A stretch of 64,000 nucleotides of DNA from Piedraia hortae CBS 480.64 (GCA_010093745.1 MU005958.1:248001-312000), one strand, 5' to 3'; counted from the first letter of the stretch, positions 1 through 11,341 are shown. Made by a program: numbers and translations. The notes: a model not told the origin generated them from the letters alone.

Positions 1-1704
1 TCGAGTCTGCGTCTTCTGAGGAGCTGCTAGATGGGAGTTCATCCCCCCAAACATCCTACCCTCTTCGATGCCGCTGCGCATTTGTTTCATAAAGTCTTTG
101 TTTTTGCTTGGTTTTGTCTGATTGGAAACATTCTGCTGCATAGGATTGCGCATTCTGTTGGCCATGCTCGTTGGGGCTGGCGGTAGCTGGCCATAGAATG
201 GACTGCTCCGCGCCTGTTGTTGCTGAGCAGAGAGGGGTGCGATATCGCGCTTGCGTGATGTATTAGAAGTCATGTCGTTTTGGATCCCAAACAGTTCATC
301 ACGCATGCTGGACCAACCGGAGCTTTGCGTATTTGTGAACATGGGTTGGGGATTTGTGGTCGAAGACCGAACGTTCAGCGATTTGAAAGCTAGATTCCGT
401 GGAGGAGAGTCAATATCCATGGCATCCACATCGTCGTCACTCCCGCGCGAAGAAGGTGGCGATGGGAAGTTGACGCGGCCACTCGTATGGCTAGGTGCCA
501 AGTTTTCAATGGGGAATTGCGCCACTTGGTCTCTGCTGAAAAGCTGCGAAGGCGGCATAGATGATGGTTGACTTTGATATTGCTCTTTTCCCGGGCCGGC
601 AACGGCCCCCAAGACGTCAAGTTGCTCCGGCTTTGGCATCATCTTGAAATTGAGCTTGAACCTCTCCGCTTCCACCGTTCGCTCGCAAGCCCATTGGATC
701 AACACCATGAGAATGAGGGTAATTGCATGTGCAGCTATCAGTTGTTGAGTGGTGAACTGGGCCATTGTGGTCAGTTCTGAAAGGTTATGCCAAGCAAAAG
801 CCCTGATGAACAGCAGCACCAACTGCAATTGCAGATGCTCTCTCCGGCCCTTTATCGCCTGTATACGCCATGTGTCGTGATACCAGTCCTTTAAAGCAGA
901 GTTGTACCAAAGGAGGCACGCTGCGACCAGCAGAGCCTTACGCACATATGCTGCAAACATAAGATAGCAACCTGTTTCGCAATGGCTTGAGAGCATTGTT
1001 CGCGTGCAGAAGAAAAGGCTCCTGTTCGAATCGCATGCCTCATCAAAGTCGCCAGTTGTTGGTGTAGTCCCACCCAAAGCCATACGGAGACCGTATACGT
1101 GCCAAGCAGCCTGTACAGCCAAGCTCAGGTACGCCGCGAAACGAACCAGAGCCAGGAGCTTCCGCATGCTCCACTTGAACCCGTCGTCTCTCTGGCCCTT
1201 CAGCGAGCCCAGCTTCCGGGCCTTTTCATTCATCCTATGGATGTTGCTTGTGCCTGCATAGTAGTCTGCACGATTGATTTTCATCTGCGCTTTTGGGGCG
1301 CATTTCTTGCAAATCTGGGGGTATCTCTCTTCGAGGTTTCGCTTAAACTGTGGCAATGCGTCTACATATTTCTGGTATTCAGGGTGATCTTCTTCTGGTA
1401 GGTAATCCGAGAGGGTCTGTAGGTAGATGTTCTGGTTGTGCAAACACTGATTGCAAAATGTCTGGCCCTGAGCCTGTCCAGCCGCTTGATATGAAGGGTG
1501 GGCAGCAGCCCGCCGGGCCCTTTCGTTGTTCCACTGCATCTGGGGCTGGTTGATGGCTACTTCCGGGGTATCGTCGATGTTCCCGTCTTGATCGAGGAAG
1601 TTCCATGCCTGACAAGATTCGCATTGGAAGCATGAGATGCCGGAGTCCTTGGAATGCTGTGATCTAGCACCGCAAAAGTGGCAGTGTATGCGCCTAAAAA
1701 ACAT
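1..1704 (-). CDS. ima1: Integral inner nuclear membrane protein Ima1 (Samp1 family); 3' end runs off the window
   Basis: Manual translation from ATG at 1704: MFFRRIHCHFCGARSQ...CFQCESCQAWNFLDQDGNIDDTP...FCNQCLHNQ...LSDYLPEEDHPEY...LEERYPQICKKC, the Ima1_N double CxxC zinc-finger pattern. SPFYGQLPPAP follows later. It is absent from the ORF track because no stop falls within the window. Confidence 0.88.
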   Translation of the reverse strand, partial: MFFRRIHCHFCGARSQHSKDSGISCFQCESCQAWNFLDQDGNIDDTPEVAINQPQMQWNNERARRAAAHPSYQAAGQAQGQTFCNQCLHNQNIYLQTLSDYLPEEDHPEYQKYVDALPQFKRNLEERYPQICKKCAPKAQMKINRADYYAGTSNIHRMNEKARKLGSLKGQRDDGFKWSMRKLLALVRFAAYLSLAVQAAWHVYGLRMALGGTTPTTGDFDEACDSNRSLFFCTRTMLSSHCETGCYLMFAAYVRKALLVAACLLWYNSALKDWYHDTWRIQAIKGRREHLQLQLVLLFIRAFAWHNLSELTTMAQFTTQQLIAAHAITLILMVLIQWACERTVEAERFKLNFKMMPKPEQLDVLGAVAGPGKEQYQSQPSSMPPSQLFSRDQVAQFPIENLAPSHTSGRVNFPSPPSSRGSDDDVDAMDIDSPPRNLAFKSLNVRSSTTNPQPMFTNTQSSGWSSMRDELFGIQNDMTSNTSRKRDIAPLSAQQQQARSSPFYGQLPPAPTSMANRMRNPMQQNVSNQTKPSKNKDFMKQMRSGIEEGRMFGGMNSHLAAPQKTQTR

Positions 1705-1863
1705 TTTGTCCTAGGGTATGCGTGGCGCGAGCGAAGGCGTAGATCACCGCGAGATCCAAAAGGAGCAACAAGGTGGGGGCTCGAAAACGGCCCGCCCGGC
1801 CCGGCCCTCTCTATGGGGAAAGTGCCACACATCACATTGTGACATCAGCGACGTCTTAGACAG

Positions 1864-3471
1864 ATGGAGCGCCGTTCTTGGCTGGTTCTTTTTGCGTTAT
1901 TGCTTTGGAGAACTGTTGACTCGTTGAGTGTTCGGACCTTTTTTCAACCAGATGAATATTTCCAGTGCTTGGAGCCAGCATGGGAATCTGCATTCGGTCC
2001 CCAGAGCGGAGCCTGGATTACATGGGAATGGCGAGAACATCTGCGGTCTTCTGTCCACCCGCTCATCTTTGCTGCTGCATACAAACTTGCAGCTGGCTAT
2101 GCACGTGTCACAAATGCCTCACCCGGAACAACTGCAAAGATTCTTATAGCAGCCCCGAAGCTGTTTCAGGCTTTGATCGCAGCAGTTGGGGATTTCAATA
2201 CTTGGAAACTGGCCCGCAAAATTTACGGAACTGATAGCCGTGCATCCTGGGCTGCTTTGGCTCTGACGGTTGCCAGTCCATGGCAATGGTTTTGTTCCAT
2301 TCGAACGTTTTCAAATTCGTTGGAAGCTATGTTAACCATTTATGCACTCTCTGGCTGGCCATGGGATAAATTTTTAGGAGAATCAACTCCAAAGTTAAGC
2401 CAACTGAGCTCTTCACTCATAGCCGCTGCCCTTGCTTGCATCCTGCGTCCGACCAATGTCATAATCTGGTTAGCCGTGGTTGTCAGCTGGACATTCCAGC
2501 GAAGAAATCTGCAGATGCTACTTCGTTTTCTGGTACAATGTGCAACCATTGGTCTGGCCGTATTGATTCCCTGTATCTGTATAGACCGTGTGTACTACGG
2601 CGAATGGGTCTTGCCTCCTCTCGAGTTCGTTTACGTCAACCTTGTGCAGTCGCTTGCCATGTTCTATGGGGAGAACAGAGTTGATTACTACTTCACCGAG
2701 GGTCTGCCTCTGTTGTTGACGTTATCACTTCCTTTTGCGGTGGCAGGGTTAGTCTCCTGTTTCAAGTGGGATGTTGGACGCGCAGGTGTGGCATCCAAGG
2801 TACGGTTGGTGCTTGCGGTGGCCGTGTGTACTATGGTCTTGGTCATGTCCACCGTCAAACACAAGGAGATGCGGTTCATACATCCATTGCTTCCTATGCT
2901 TCACGTAATAGCAGCGAGGCCGGTGGCGACTTACTTCCATCCGTTTCCATTCCCTCAGAGCAGAGTCAAGGCAGCAGTATTGATAGTGCTTTTAGTTGGC
3001 AATGCGTTCATTGCCGGATATGTCAGCATGGTGCATCAAAAAGGAGTCATCGACGTTGTGCATCATTTACGCCATGAACAAGAATTGATGCCGGCGAGAA
3101 TTCTTTCAGTGGGGTTTTTGATGCCCTGTCATAGCACACCATGGCGAAGCCATCTTGTTCACTCTCAGATTCAGGCCTGGGCTCTTACATGCGAGCCGCC
3201 TGTTCACCTCACATTGCAAGAGCGAGAGCAATACCTAGATGAAGGTGACATCTTCTATGCAGACCCTGTGGCATGGATAAAAGCCAATGTGGGCGATGCC
3301 AAGAAATTATCTTGGCCGAGCCATCTGGTCTTTTTCCAATCCCTCGAGCCCATCGTGGCAGACCTATTGAGTGAGTCAGGTTACAGACAGTGTTGGAGAG
3401 GGTTCAACACGCAATGGCACGATGACTCACGCAGGCAGGGCCATGTGCTGGTATGGTGTCGGGATGAATAG
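1864..3471 (+). CDS. GPI10: GPI mannosyltransferase 3 (PIG-B / Alg9-like family)
   Basis: 535-aa multi-TM ORF with TFFQPDEYFQ, TWEW, RTFSNS, RPTN, HKEMRFIHP and LMPCHSTPW motifs. Confidence 0.92.
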   Translation: MERRSWLVLFALLLWRTVDSLSVRTFFQPDEYFQCLEPAWESAFGPQSGAWITWEWREHLRSSVHPLIFAAAYKLAAGYARVTNASPGTTAKILIAAPKLFQALIAAVGDFNTWKLARKIYGTDSRASWAALALTVASPWQWFCSIRTFSNSLEAMLTIYALSGWPWDKFLGESTPKLSQLSSSLIAAALACILRPTNVIIWLAVVVSWTFQRRNLQMLLRFLVQCATIGLAVLIPCICIDRVYYGEWVLPPLEFVYVNLVQSLAMFYGENRVDYYFTEGLPLLLTLSLPFAVAGLVSCFKWDVGRAGVASKVRLVLAVAVCTMVLVMSTVKHKEMRFIHPLLPMLHVIAARPVATYFHPFPFPQSRVKAAVLIVLLVGNAFIAGYVSMVHQKGVIDVVHHLRHEQELMPARILSVGFLMPCHSTPWRSHLVHSQIQAWALTCEPPVHLTLQEREQYLDEGDIFYADPVAWIKANVGDAKKLSWPSHLVFFQSLEPIVADLLSESGYRQCWRGFNTQWHDDSRRQGHVLVWCRDE

Positions 3472-3558
3472 AATAGATATAAGTCTAAGCCGTATCTCTC
3501 GTAGTGCTTTTCCTTGGCACCCACGCAATGCCCTTGTCGAGGTAGACAACACTTCTAA

Positions 3559-4854
3559 TCAACTATCCCCGCTCAAATCGACATCTTCAGGGCGATAGTG
3601 GTCGGACAAAACTCGGCCCAAAGATGTCGGTGCGTGGCTACCGATGTTTGTAACGTAGAGGTTGATGCATTCGTTATTCACGTATTCGTATGTCGGGCTA
3701 AGCACCTGTATGTCTCCTGCTTCGCCTGCATCCGAGAGGCCTAGTGTCTCGCCAGAGTTGTCGTATTGTAGAAGGGTATCGATTTTTGCGGGCAAAGGGT
3801 ACTCTGGGCTGATTTTGTACACGCCGGCCAGTACGACAACTGGCACACGATACGTCTTTGCGGCTAGTGCGATTGTACCCGTACCCGGCTCGGCAATGAG
3901 GGCACCATTTGAGAGAACGTAGTAGGGAGAGAGGATAACTTTATTGATCCGAGACATGAGAGCGAAAGCAGCAGTTTTGGAGGTCACGACGAAGGTGATG
4001 CCCAGGCTGGTGAGGGACTTTCTCCGTTCGTAGACCTCATCGCTATCATCCGCACCAGAGCAATCAGCTGTGTGATAGACTGTGAACTTGCGCTTCTTGG
4101 CCGCTGCTGTGAAGAACTTGTGTATCGTTGGTGTGAGAGTGTGTATGAGGATGGTTTCATTGCTATGCACATGTTCAAGGGCGGAGTCTGAGATTTGAGT
4201 GTCGACAATCCTGATTTCTTCGATAAGATCCTTGATGCCGTCAATCACCTCGGCTTTAATGTCGACCTTGCCAAGAGATGGATCACCCTGGTCCTGCTTT
4301 GGAGATGAGGAGGCAGACAGTGAGCGGTCCACCAGGGTTGTTGAAGGTAGACCTTGGAGGAAATGGAGACGAGAATGCACTGCAGCCGCGTGGCCAGCGT
4401 ACGATGGGCCTAGACTCCTAAGCGATGGCCTGGACGCCGGGTCTGCGGATATTTCGTAAGATGGGGGAGTGCCTGCAGGCTTTGGGGTTGTAGCGATGCC
4501 TGATGCTGGGGACTCAAAGTGCATTCCAGACTCATCTTCAGCCACTTCTCGCACAATGCCCAGAACTCTGCGCACGGCGTTGCCCACCGTTAATTCCTTT
4601 GGCTGAGCCGCCACAAGTCTGCGACCCACGGCACGGATACGGCCTGTAAGCAACCGCACATTCCTGATGCGCTCAGCTGCGACTACACGTACAAGAAGGT
4701 GACATGTAGCTAGGGCACAAGGTCTGGAGCCCTTTATTCTGCCAAGTTTGAGCAAACGCACAAGAGATTCAATGGACGATTCGACATCGTTTTTCTTGAG
4801 AAAGTCGCGGAAACCAAGTAATGCACCCTCAGGGCCGGGTTGTGTGCCGCCCAT
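3559..4854 (-). CDS. GCD7: Translation initiation factor eIF2B beta subunit
   Basis: AQPKELTVGNAVRRVL, EHVHSNETIL, FALMSRINKVI and VYKISPEYP motifs of IF-2B beta. Confidence 0.92.
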   Translation of the reverse strand: MGGTQPGPEGALLGFRDFLKKNDVESSIESLVRLLKLGRIKGSRPCALATCHLLVRVVAAERIRNVRLLTGRIRAVGRRLVAAQPKELTVGNAVRRVLGIVREVAEDESGMHFESPASGIATTPKPAGTPPSYEISADPASRPSLRSLGPSYAGHAAAVHSRLHFLQGLPSTTLVDRSLSASSSPKQDQGDPSLGKVDIKAEVIDGIKDLIEEIRIVDTQISDSALEHVHSNETILIHTLTPTIHKFFTAAAKKRKFTVYHTADCSGADDSDEVYERRKSLTSLGITFVVTSKTAAFALMSRINKVILSPYYVLSNGALIAEPGTGTIALAAKTYRVPVVVLAGVYKISPEYPLPAKIDTLLQYDNSGETLGLSDAGEAGDIQVLSPTYEYVNNECINLYVTNIGSHAPTSLGRVLSDHYRPEDVDLSGDS

Positions 4855-5179
4855 GGCCGCTGTCTGGGTTATGAGTATTAGTCAGTTGTTTGGCTTGAAA
4901 AGGTGGTACAGAATTCGCCAACGGTGTTTGTTGCCAAGAAGAATGACACTTTTGGGTTTCTTGAACCCAAGAACGCACACGGTGCACTACTAGTTAATTT
5001 TCAACGCACGTGTCTGTTTTTCTCCACATTGATGTGCAAACTGCAGCGGGCCGGTCCGATTTCGCCTTTCCTACCGAACGCGGACATAACCTCACGCCCA
5101 CTCCGAAGCTGTCCCGTATAAAGAGTCTGGCCACGAGTTCACAGGGAACAGTCTCGAGTCCCATGGCACGGTTTCCGCG

Positions 5180-6652
5180 ATGAACAGCCTCAACATTGTG
5201 TCGAGGCTTACAACCCCTCCCTCACGGTCCAGGGCCAACTCTTTAGCGGTGCAAAGTGGCCGTGGGGCCAGCGCTGGAGATGCTCCGGCAACGGGCCTGG
5301 ACTACTTGGTTGAGAAGTTGAGGTCGCCAGCCGAGAGTCCAGATGAGCAGCAGCCAGGTGAGAAGGTCCCGCTGTTAGATGATGGGCACCATGAACAGAA
5401 GCCCGGAATGCGCCAGACAGTCCTTCGGATCGCCCACGGCATCGTGTTTGGCATAACTGCATTATTTTCGGCAGTCGCTACCCCCGTTCGCCGCTTCCTG
5501 GCCTGGTTCTATGACGAAGACGGCAGGCTTAACGTCACGTTCTCGGCCGAAACGCCCCGACTGATTGTTCAAGGACGCAGACCAAAAGCTGCCGGACGAA
5601 CGACGGCAATGAAGACTGGAAGCAGTGCAGGGCGAAAGGCAAGTGGAGATGAGCGACACGCAGCCGAGCGATCTGGCTCGGTGGATGGCGCCGCTTCCAC
5701 GGTCACGCCGGGGTCAGAGGGCGATAGCATAGCAGGAAGTAAGAAGGAGAGCTACCCAAAGGAATCAGGCCTAGGGGAGACGGACATGACGGGAGAAGGG
5801 AGTAGGCGGGAGCGAAAGTTCAAAAGCGGGCGTGTAAAGCTCCTCGCAAACGAAGATGGGCTGCGGCAACGCAAGGAAGCGCGAGCAAGACAAAAGAGTC
5901 GAGACTTTAGCCCAGAGCTGAAATCGCCGTCTTCTGAATCCAAGTTGAGCTATCCTAGAGCTCCAGCTTCGCCGCGGCCTCTTGTTCCGCGACGGCAGCC
6001 ATCCTACACGCTTCCTTTGACCAACGAAGTGCCAACCAAGACGCTCATCATCGACCTGGACGAGACGCTGATTCACTCCATGGCCAAGGGCGGCCGCATG
6101 TCAACCGGCCACATGGTTGAGGTGCGCCTTGGCGGGCCGGTGTCCGGTTCCGGTCTGCAAATTGGGCCGGGTGTCCCCATTCTATATTACGTACACGAAC
6201 GCCCGGGGTGCCACGAGTTCCTGCGTAAGGCATGCAAGTGGTACAAGCTCGTCATCTTCACCGCTTCGGTCCAGGAGTACGCTGATCCCGTCATCGACTG
6301 GTTGGAGCGGGAACGCAAGTACTTTAGCGGACGCTATTACAGACAACATTGTACGCTCCGCAACGGTGCCTACATCAAGGACGTGGCGCAGGTGGAGCCT
6401 GATCTAAGCAAGGTCATGATACTCGACAATTCGCCCATTTCGTACTTTTTTCATGAGGGTAAGGTAGGCCGCCAAGGTAGAGACCCTAACGCTGACATGT
6501 ACGTAGACAACGCCATTCCGATCGAAGGATGGATCAGCGATCCCACAGATAACGATCTCAGCAACCTGATCCCTTTGCTCGAGGGACTCCAGTACACCAC
6601 GGATGTAAGGGCGTTGCTTGCCCTTCGGCAGGGGCAATCGCTGCCAGGATGA
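5180..6652 (+). CDS. NEM1: Nem1/CTDNEP1 HAD-family phosphatase; intron 6459-6506
   Basis: DLDETL catalytic motif, NIF domain (FTASVQEYADPVIDWL, LDNSP) and an N-terminal TM. Removing the 48-bp GTAAGG...CTGAC...TAG intron restores HEDNAIPIEGW. Confidence 0.92.
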   Translation: MNSLNIVSRLTTPPSRSRANSLAVQSGRGASAGDAPATGLDYLVEKLRSPAESPDEQQPGEKVPLLDDGHHEQKPGMRQTVLRIAHGIVFGITALFSAVATPVRRFLAWFYDEDGRLNVTFSAETPRLIVQGRRPKAAGRTTAMKTGSSAGRKASGDERHAAERSGSVDGAASTVTPGSEGDSIAGSKKESYPKESGLGETDMTGEGSRRERKFKSGRVKLLANEDGLRQRKEARARQKSRDFSPELKSPSSESKLSYPRAPASPRPLVPRRQPSYTLPLTNEVPTKTLIIDLDETLIHSMAKGGRMSTGHMVEVRLGGPVSGSGLQIGPGVPILYYVHERPGCHEFLRKACKWYKLVIFTASVQEYADPVIDWLERERKYFSGRYYRQHCTLRNGAYIKDVAQVEPDLSKVMILDNSPISYFFHEGKVGRQGRDPNADMYVDNAIPIEGWISDPTDNDLSNLIPLLEGLQYTTDVRALLALRQGQSLPG

Positions 6653-6761
6653 TGCTATTGTGACGGGCAATGATTGTTGTGAGCGTCGGAGTATGGAGTT
6701 TTCCGGGTGGATGTACAGTACCTTTACCGTGTGGCATGCATGTTCGGCGCCAAAGAATCCA

Positions 6762-7505
6762 TCATACCAAAACGCCGACATACTCGGCCCGTCCGCCGGC
6801 AGCTTGTTGGAGTTGTGGCCACTGTACTATGAAGCGGTCAACGACATGCTTCAGCAGGCGTCCGCTCAAGCTGAGACGTTTTACTCTGGCCCAGCTCTCA
6901 ATGTAGACGGTTCGCATTTTGCGGCGGGAGCTGCATCCACGAACATTGAAGAAGCGCAAAAGTAAGCTCGTGAAGATGAGGATCGTTGCGGTAGCGGGAC
7001 CATTGCACAAGATGACATCCGGAAAGTCAATTGCGTCTCTGTTGAGGGCCGTATGACGCAGGAGCAGATGACAACAAGCACTGATACAGCGCAAGCACGA
7101 TATGGGAGTAGTATAGAGCGGCTGATGGATTTCCCGCGCTCTCGGCACAGCCACAATGTCGTAATCTACGCTTTGCTCGCCCAAGTGCTTGGCCACCGTG
7201 CTTTCAAAATGTCTTGCCCGGTTGACACTGATGACATCACCGGAGCTGACTACCCAAGTTCGGTGCGAATAGTCCTTGTTCCAGCACAGCCTCTGCTTGA
7301 TCCGGGGCTCGGTGACAACTGCCCGCATCAGCATGGTCAACATCTCTGTTGTGTGACCACCACTGCCCAGGGCGATCATCAAGTGCGTGTCCTGGCCGGC
7401 ACATGATGGTCGTCGGCGTTGGGGATTGGTCAATCGTTTGAGGCGATATGCAGATGCAGCAGCTATGAGTGTGAAGCCTACTAGCAGAGTTACCAGCGCT
7501 GCCAT
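6762..7505 (-). CDS. ALG14: UDP-GlcNAc transferase subunit Alg14
   Basis: LGSGGHTTEM, VPRAREIHQP, NGPAT, YIESWARV..LSLSG and VQWP motifs. Likely start is MAALVTLL. Confidence 0.92.
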   Translation of the reverse strand: MAALVTLLVGFTLIAAASAYRLKRLTNPQRRRPSCAGQDTHLMIALGSGGHTTEMLTMLMRAVVTEPRIKQRLCWNKDYSHRTWVVSSGDVISVNRARHFESTVAKHLGEQSVDYDIVAVPRAREIHQPLYTTPISCLRCISACCHLLLRHTALNRDAIDFPDVILCNGPATATILIFTSLLLRFFNVRGCSSRRKMRTVYIESWARVKRLSLSGRLLKHVVDRFIVQWPQLQQAAGGRAEYVGVLV

Positions 7506-7706
7506 GTCTGTGGTTCTATAACAGACTCGAACGGTGCATCGGCGTAAAGCCACGGGGACGGGCCGAACCGGGAAGTTGGTACCTGGTCAAAGCACTCGGA
7601 GCCCGTTGGGCAGTGCTGTGCTCACCGCAGAGTTAAGACTTGAAGAACCTTCTGTAAGATGCACACAGAACAGATGTGGGTATCTAAACATAGTAAAGTT
7701 GGGGAC

Positions 7707-7747
7707 TGGTGGGTGGGGAAGGGGGGGGGGGGGGGGGGAGGAAGGGG
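7707..7747 (+). repeat. G-rich / poly-G tract (G-quadruplex-capable) in the ALG14-CRZ1 divergent promoter
   Basis: tggtgggtggggaa, then G18 (7721-7738), then aggaagggg. Confidence 0.7.
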
Positions 7748-8071
7748 CTGCCTAAATCGTGCGGAAAATGCAGCGATAAATGTGCACAGCCATGTGGCAG
7801 AGCAAACGGAGAATTGGGAGGAGAAACGAGGGGTTGATGGATGCTGAAACCGAAACGGGGAACGGGAAGCCTCGGTAAATTGCGGGGTCAGGCACGTCAG
7901 GCTGAACCGCGCGGGTCGGATGACTTATTGGAGGAATACCCGGCGCGAATTCCGTAAGGCTGAGTACCCGGCTGCGGCCTGGACTGACGAACCCAGAATC
8001 CGCTGCTTCTGCTGCTGCGCCGCTGTTCAACAAGCGTTCCCTGGCGTTGCGCGTGACGATTTAGATCAAAT

Positions 8072-9843
8072 ATGGCTGGCAGACGCCCATCGTTGACGCC
8101 GCTACAAAAGGACCCAACTGACCCGACGGCCGTTCCCACCAACAAGTGGACAGAAGACGCCAGTCAGACTTATGTTGACAACGGCAACCTCACTTGTCAC
8201 AACTTTCTCCAGCCCTACAGCCACAGTCCGGCGCAAGACATGTCCGCCATGATGATGATGTCGGAGCCGCCATTAACCTCGCTCGATCCATCCCTCTTGC
8301 ACACCAGTCCACTAGATCAGATGACCGATCTGAATTTGGATCCGGCCACACCGTCGCATCCCCTCCAAGACTTTCGCCGGCAGTCGCTTTCAATTTGGCA
8401 GCCCCAGCCCCAGCCCCAGCCCCAGCCCCAGCCCCAGCATCAGCATCAGCATCAGCCGGGATCCCGTAGCGTGTCGGAGACGCTCAATCCGTCCAGCGCA
8501 ATGCTGACGGGCACCGACTTGAGCAGCTCCAACATGTTCCGGACCCACCGACGGCAGCCATCGGACCAGTACTCGGACATTTCGTCGCATTCACACTCCA
8601 ACCTGAACTCGCCCTTTATGTCTGGCTACGACATCTTCGATGGCTCATCGCCTCTGCCGGCGTCTGAAGAGGTCGATGTTGGTGATTTGCAGAACTTGGG
8701 GTTGGATATGCCCTTTGCGACGCCCATGGCCAGTCCGCAGCCTTCACCGTTTGCAGATACTTGTCTCATGCCAGACACAGCCGGCGACGTGGCTGACGGC
8801 ATGCCAGAGCTGTTCCCCGGCCTTGACGATGCTTCGCTGCCAAGGGATGGCATGAGCGAACCGATGATGATGCCACAAATCAGCATAGACTATGCGCCCA
8901 CAGCCCAGATGACGTATCCGCCCGTGTCTGACGTGGACGGCCTCAGCCCCGTGATTCAAGGTGAGTCTGCTATACAGGTGCAGCCTCAATAGCCCGTTGC
9001 TGATTAGTCCCAGACCCGTCTCGCATCAGGATGCGGGCCAAATCAGAGTCTGCTGCTGCCGGACGACCAGCCATATCTGACTGGATAGGCCGTGGTCGCG
9101 CGCCTTCCCTGCATGCGCCGGGCCAAGGAAGTGTAGGTGGCTCGCCGTCTTTTTCATACGCGGGCTCAGTCTCGCCCTCGCCATCCCCTTCGCGCGGCCG
9201 TAGATGCTCTGTTGCTGGCGACATGTTGCGCACACCCAGCCGAACGTCTGAGCAATTAGACCTTGGCGACTCGTCGAGACCCTCTTCCCGCACCCCTTCC
9301 AACAGTGCACGTTCTCGAGGCCAGAAAAGTCCAGCGACGCACTGTTGCACACAATGTACCAAAAAATTCACTCGAGCATACAACCTACGCTCTCACCAAC
9401 GCACACACACAGACGAGCGTCCATTTGTGTGCACCGTCTGCGGCAAGGCGTTTGCGAGACAACACGATCGCAAGCGGCACGAGGGCCTGCACACGGGGGA
9501 AAAGAAGTACAAGTGTCAGGGCGAGCTGCCGACGGGAGAGCAATGGGGCTGCGGCCGCAAGTTTGCGCGGGCCGATGCTCTAGGTCGTCACTTTCGCTCC
9601 GAGGCCGGCAGTACATGTTACAAACCGCTTCTCGATCACCACAAGGCCGTGCAGCAGCAGGAACAGAGGGATCAAGAAGAACAACAAATGCAGAATAACA
9701 TGGCTGCCCTTTCCGCCGTCGACCTCTCCACCGGCTTACCCCCCGTTCTACTTCAATTCTTCCCCGCCCTCGCGACCGTTCCGCCCATCCAAGACGACCA
9801 AGACGTGAGTCCGTTTGAATTTTCCGATGTCGATGGTTCATGA
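8072..9843 (+). CDS. CRZ1: Calcineurin-responsive C2H2 zinc-finger transcription factor; intron 8961-9013
   Basis: Fingers [46 protein letters not shown] and [22 protein letters not shown], plus a PQISID PxIxIT-like docking site. The GTGAGT...CTGAT...CAG intron joins ORFs 8072 and 9031. Confidence 0.93.
8399..8455 (+). repeat. Coding microsatellite (CAGCCC)6(CAGCAT)3 encoding a QP/QH tract in Crz1
   Basis: Directly visible hexamer repeats. Confidence 0.85.
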
Positions 9844-10032
9844 CCCGAATAAAAGTATGCTGGCGTTTGTGTATGTGATTTCAATATCTAGAGTAGTAGT
9901 GAGTAGATTCAAGGTCCACTCTAGAGAAAAAAAATGTTTATGATAAGTACCTCCAGGGCACGCTAGCCTTGATATGGAAGGCACGCAACAAATACCAATC
10001 GCACTCAACACCTGCCATCAACACCAACAAAC

Positions 10033-11103
10033 ATGCCTCTTAAACTTCTAGGAACAATGCACCCCGAGAGCGGCGCCCGATGCTGGCAGAGCGTGCCGCA
10101 TCCCTCCCAACCCATCGTAGCAACCGCATGCGGGGACAAGACAGTACGGATCTACTCTCTGCAAACCCTACAACAACAATCCGTGATCGAAGGTGGACAC
10201 AAGCGATCCATCCGTTGCTGCACATGGGACAAAGGAGCCGAAACGAAACTCGCTACAGGGAGTTTTGATTCCACGGTTGGGGTTTGGACCCGTGGAGTAC
10301 CCGATGATGATGATGATGATGATGATGACGACATCCCAGAGGAGGAGGAGGATGATGATGAATGGCAGTTTTCTGTGATCCTTGAGTCACATGAATCTGA
10401 AGTGAAGAGTCTTGCGTTCTGTCCCGTCGCGCCTTACCTTGCGACGGCTAGTAGGGACAAGACCGTCATTATATGGGAAGATTTGGGGGATGAGAATTAT
10501 GAACTGGTGGACCAGCTGGCGCTGCATGAGGGCGATGTCAAGTGCGTGGCTTGGCATCCGTATGTGATTCTTCTCGCGAGCGCGAGTTATGATGATTCTA
10601 TCCGCTTGTGGGCTGAGAGCGATGCGGAGTGGGGTTGTGTGGATACTTTGCTGGGTCATCAGGGCACGGTTTGGTGGGTTGAATTTGAGAAGAAGCTGGA
10701 AGAGGATGGTGAGGAGGCCAGGTTGTTGAGTGCGTCTGCTGATGGGACGGTTAAGTTGTGGAGGAGGGTCAATGGAGGTGGGAGGGACGAGGAGGATGTG
10801 CCTAGTATTTGGCCGAGGGTGGGCAACGAGAAGTGGGTTGAGCAGTCTAGTCTGCCAAAAGTGCATGATGGCGCTGTGTATGCCGCTTCGTGGAGCGGGA
10901 CGGGTCTCGTTGCGAGCGCTGGCGCTGATGGGAGGATTGTCGTCTACGAGGAAGGAGATGCGAAGTGGTCGGTCAAGCATGTACAAGAGTATGCTCACGA
11001 CGTGTACGAGATCAATCACATCACTTGGGCGAGGAAAGATGGGAATCAGGTCCTGGTCAGCTCTGGAGATGATGGGACCGTAAGAGTCTGGGGGGTTACA
11101 TAA
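10033..11103 (+). CDS. CIA1: Cytosolic Fe-S assembly WD40 protein Cia1
   Basis: GGHKRSIR, ATGSFDST, HESEVKS, HEGDVKCVAWHP, ASASYDD and AHDVYEINH. It contains an acidic (GAT)n loop. Confidence 0.93.
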   Translation: MPLKLLGTMHPESGARCWQSVPHPSQPIVATACGDKTVRIYSLQTLQQQSVIEGGHKRSIRCCTWDKGAETKLATGSFDSTVGVWTRGVPDDDDDDDDDDIPEEEEDDDEWQFSVILESHESEVKSLAFCPVAPYLATASRDKTVIIWEDLGDENYELVDQLALHEGDVKCVAWHPYVILLASASYDDSIRLWAESDAEWGCVDTLLGHQGTVWWVEFEKKLEEDGEEARLLSASADGTVKLWRRVNGGGRDEEDVPSIWPRVGNEKWVEQSSLPKVHDGAVYAASWSGTGLVASAGADGRIVVYEEGDAKWSVKHVQEYAHDVYEINHITWARKDGNQVLVSSGDDGTVRVWGVT

Positions 11104-11341
11104 CATCGTGGGCACTAGGAGTTGACACGTCCAAGCTACCTCCTCAGGCTTCACCAAAAATCACAATGCACAACAGGAAGACTCCCAAAACTAGGCCAAC
11201 TGCTCTTACATGTTGTCACATTAGAAACTAGAAAACTATGCCTGCACCAAGGGTATCTCTCTGATCATTACCACCAAATCTTTTGAAGACAAACGCCAGT
11301 CGCCATGCTTTCGCAATGCATATGGACAAAACAAAACAAAA

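Noticed and set aside
10387..11157. 256-aa minus-strand ORF
   Set aside because: Antisense shadow of CIA1.
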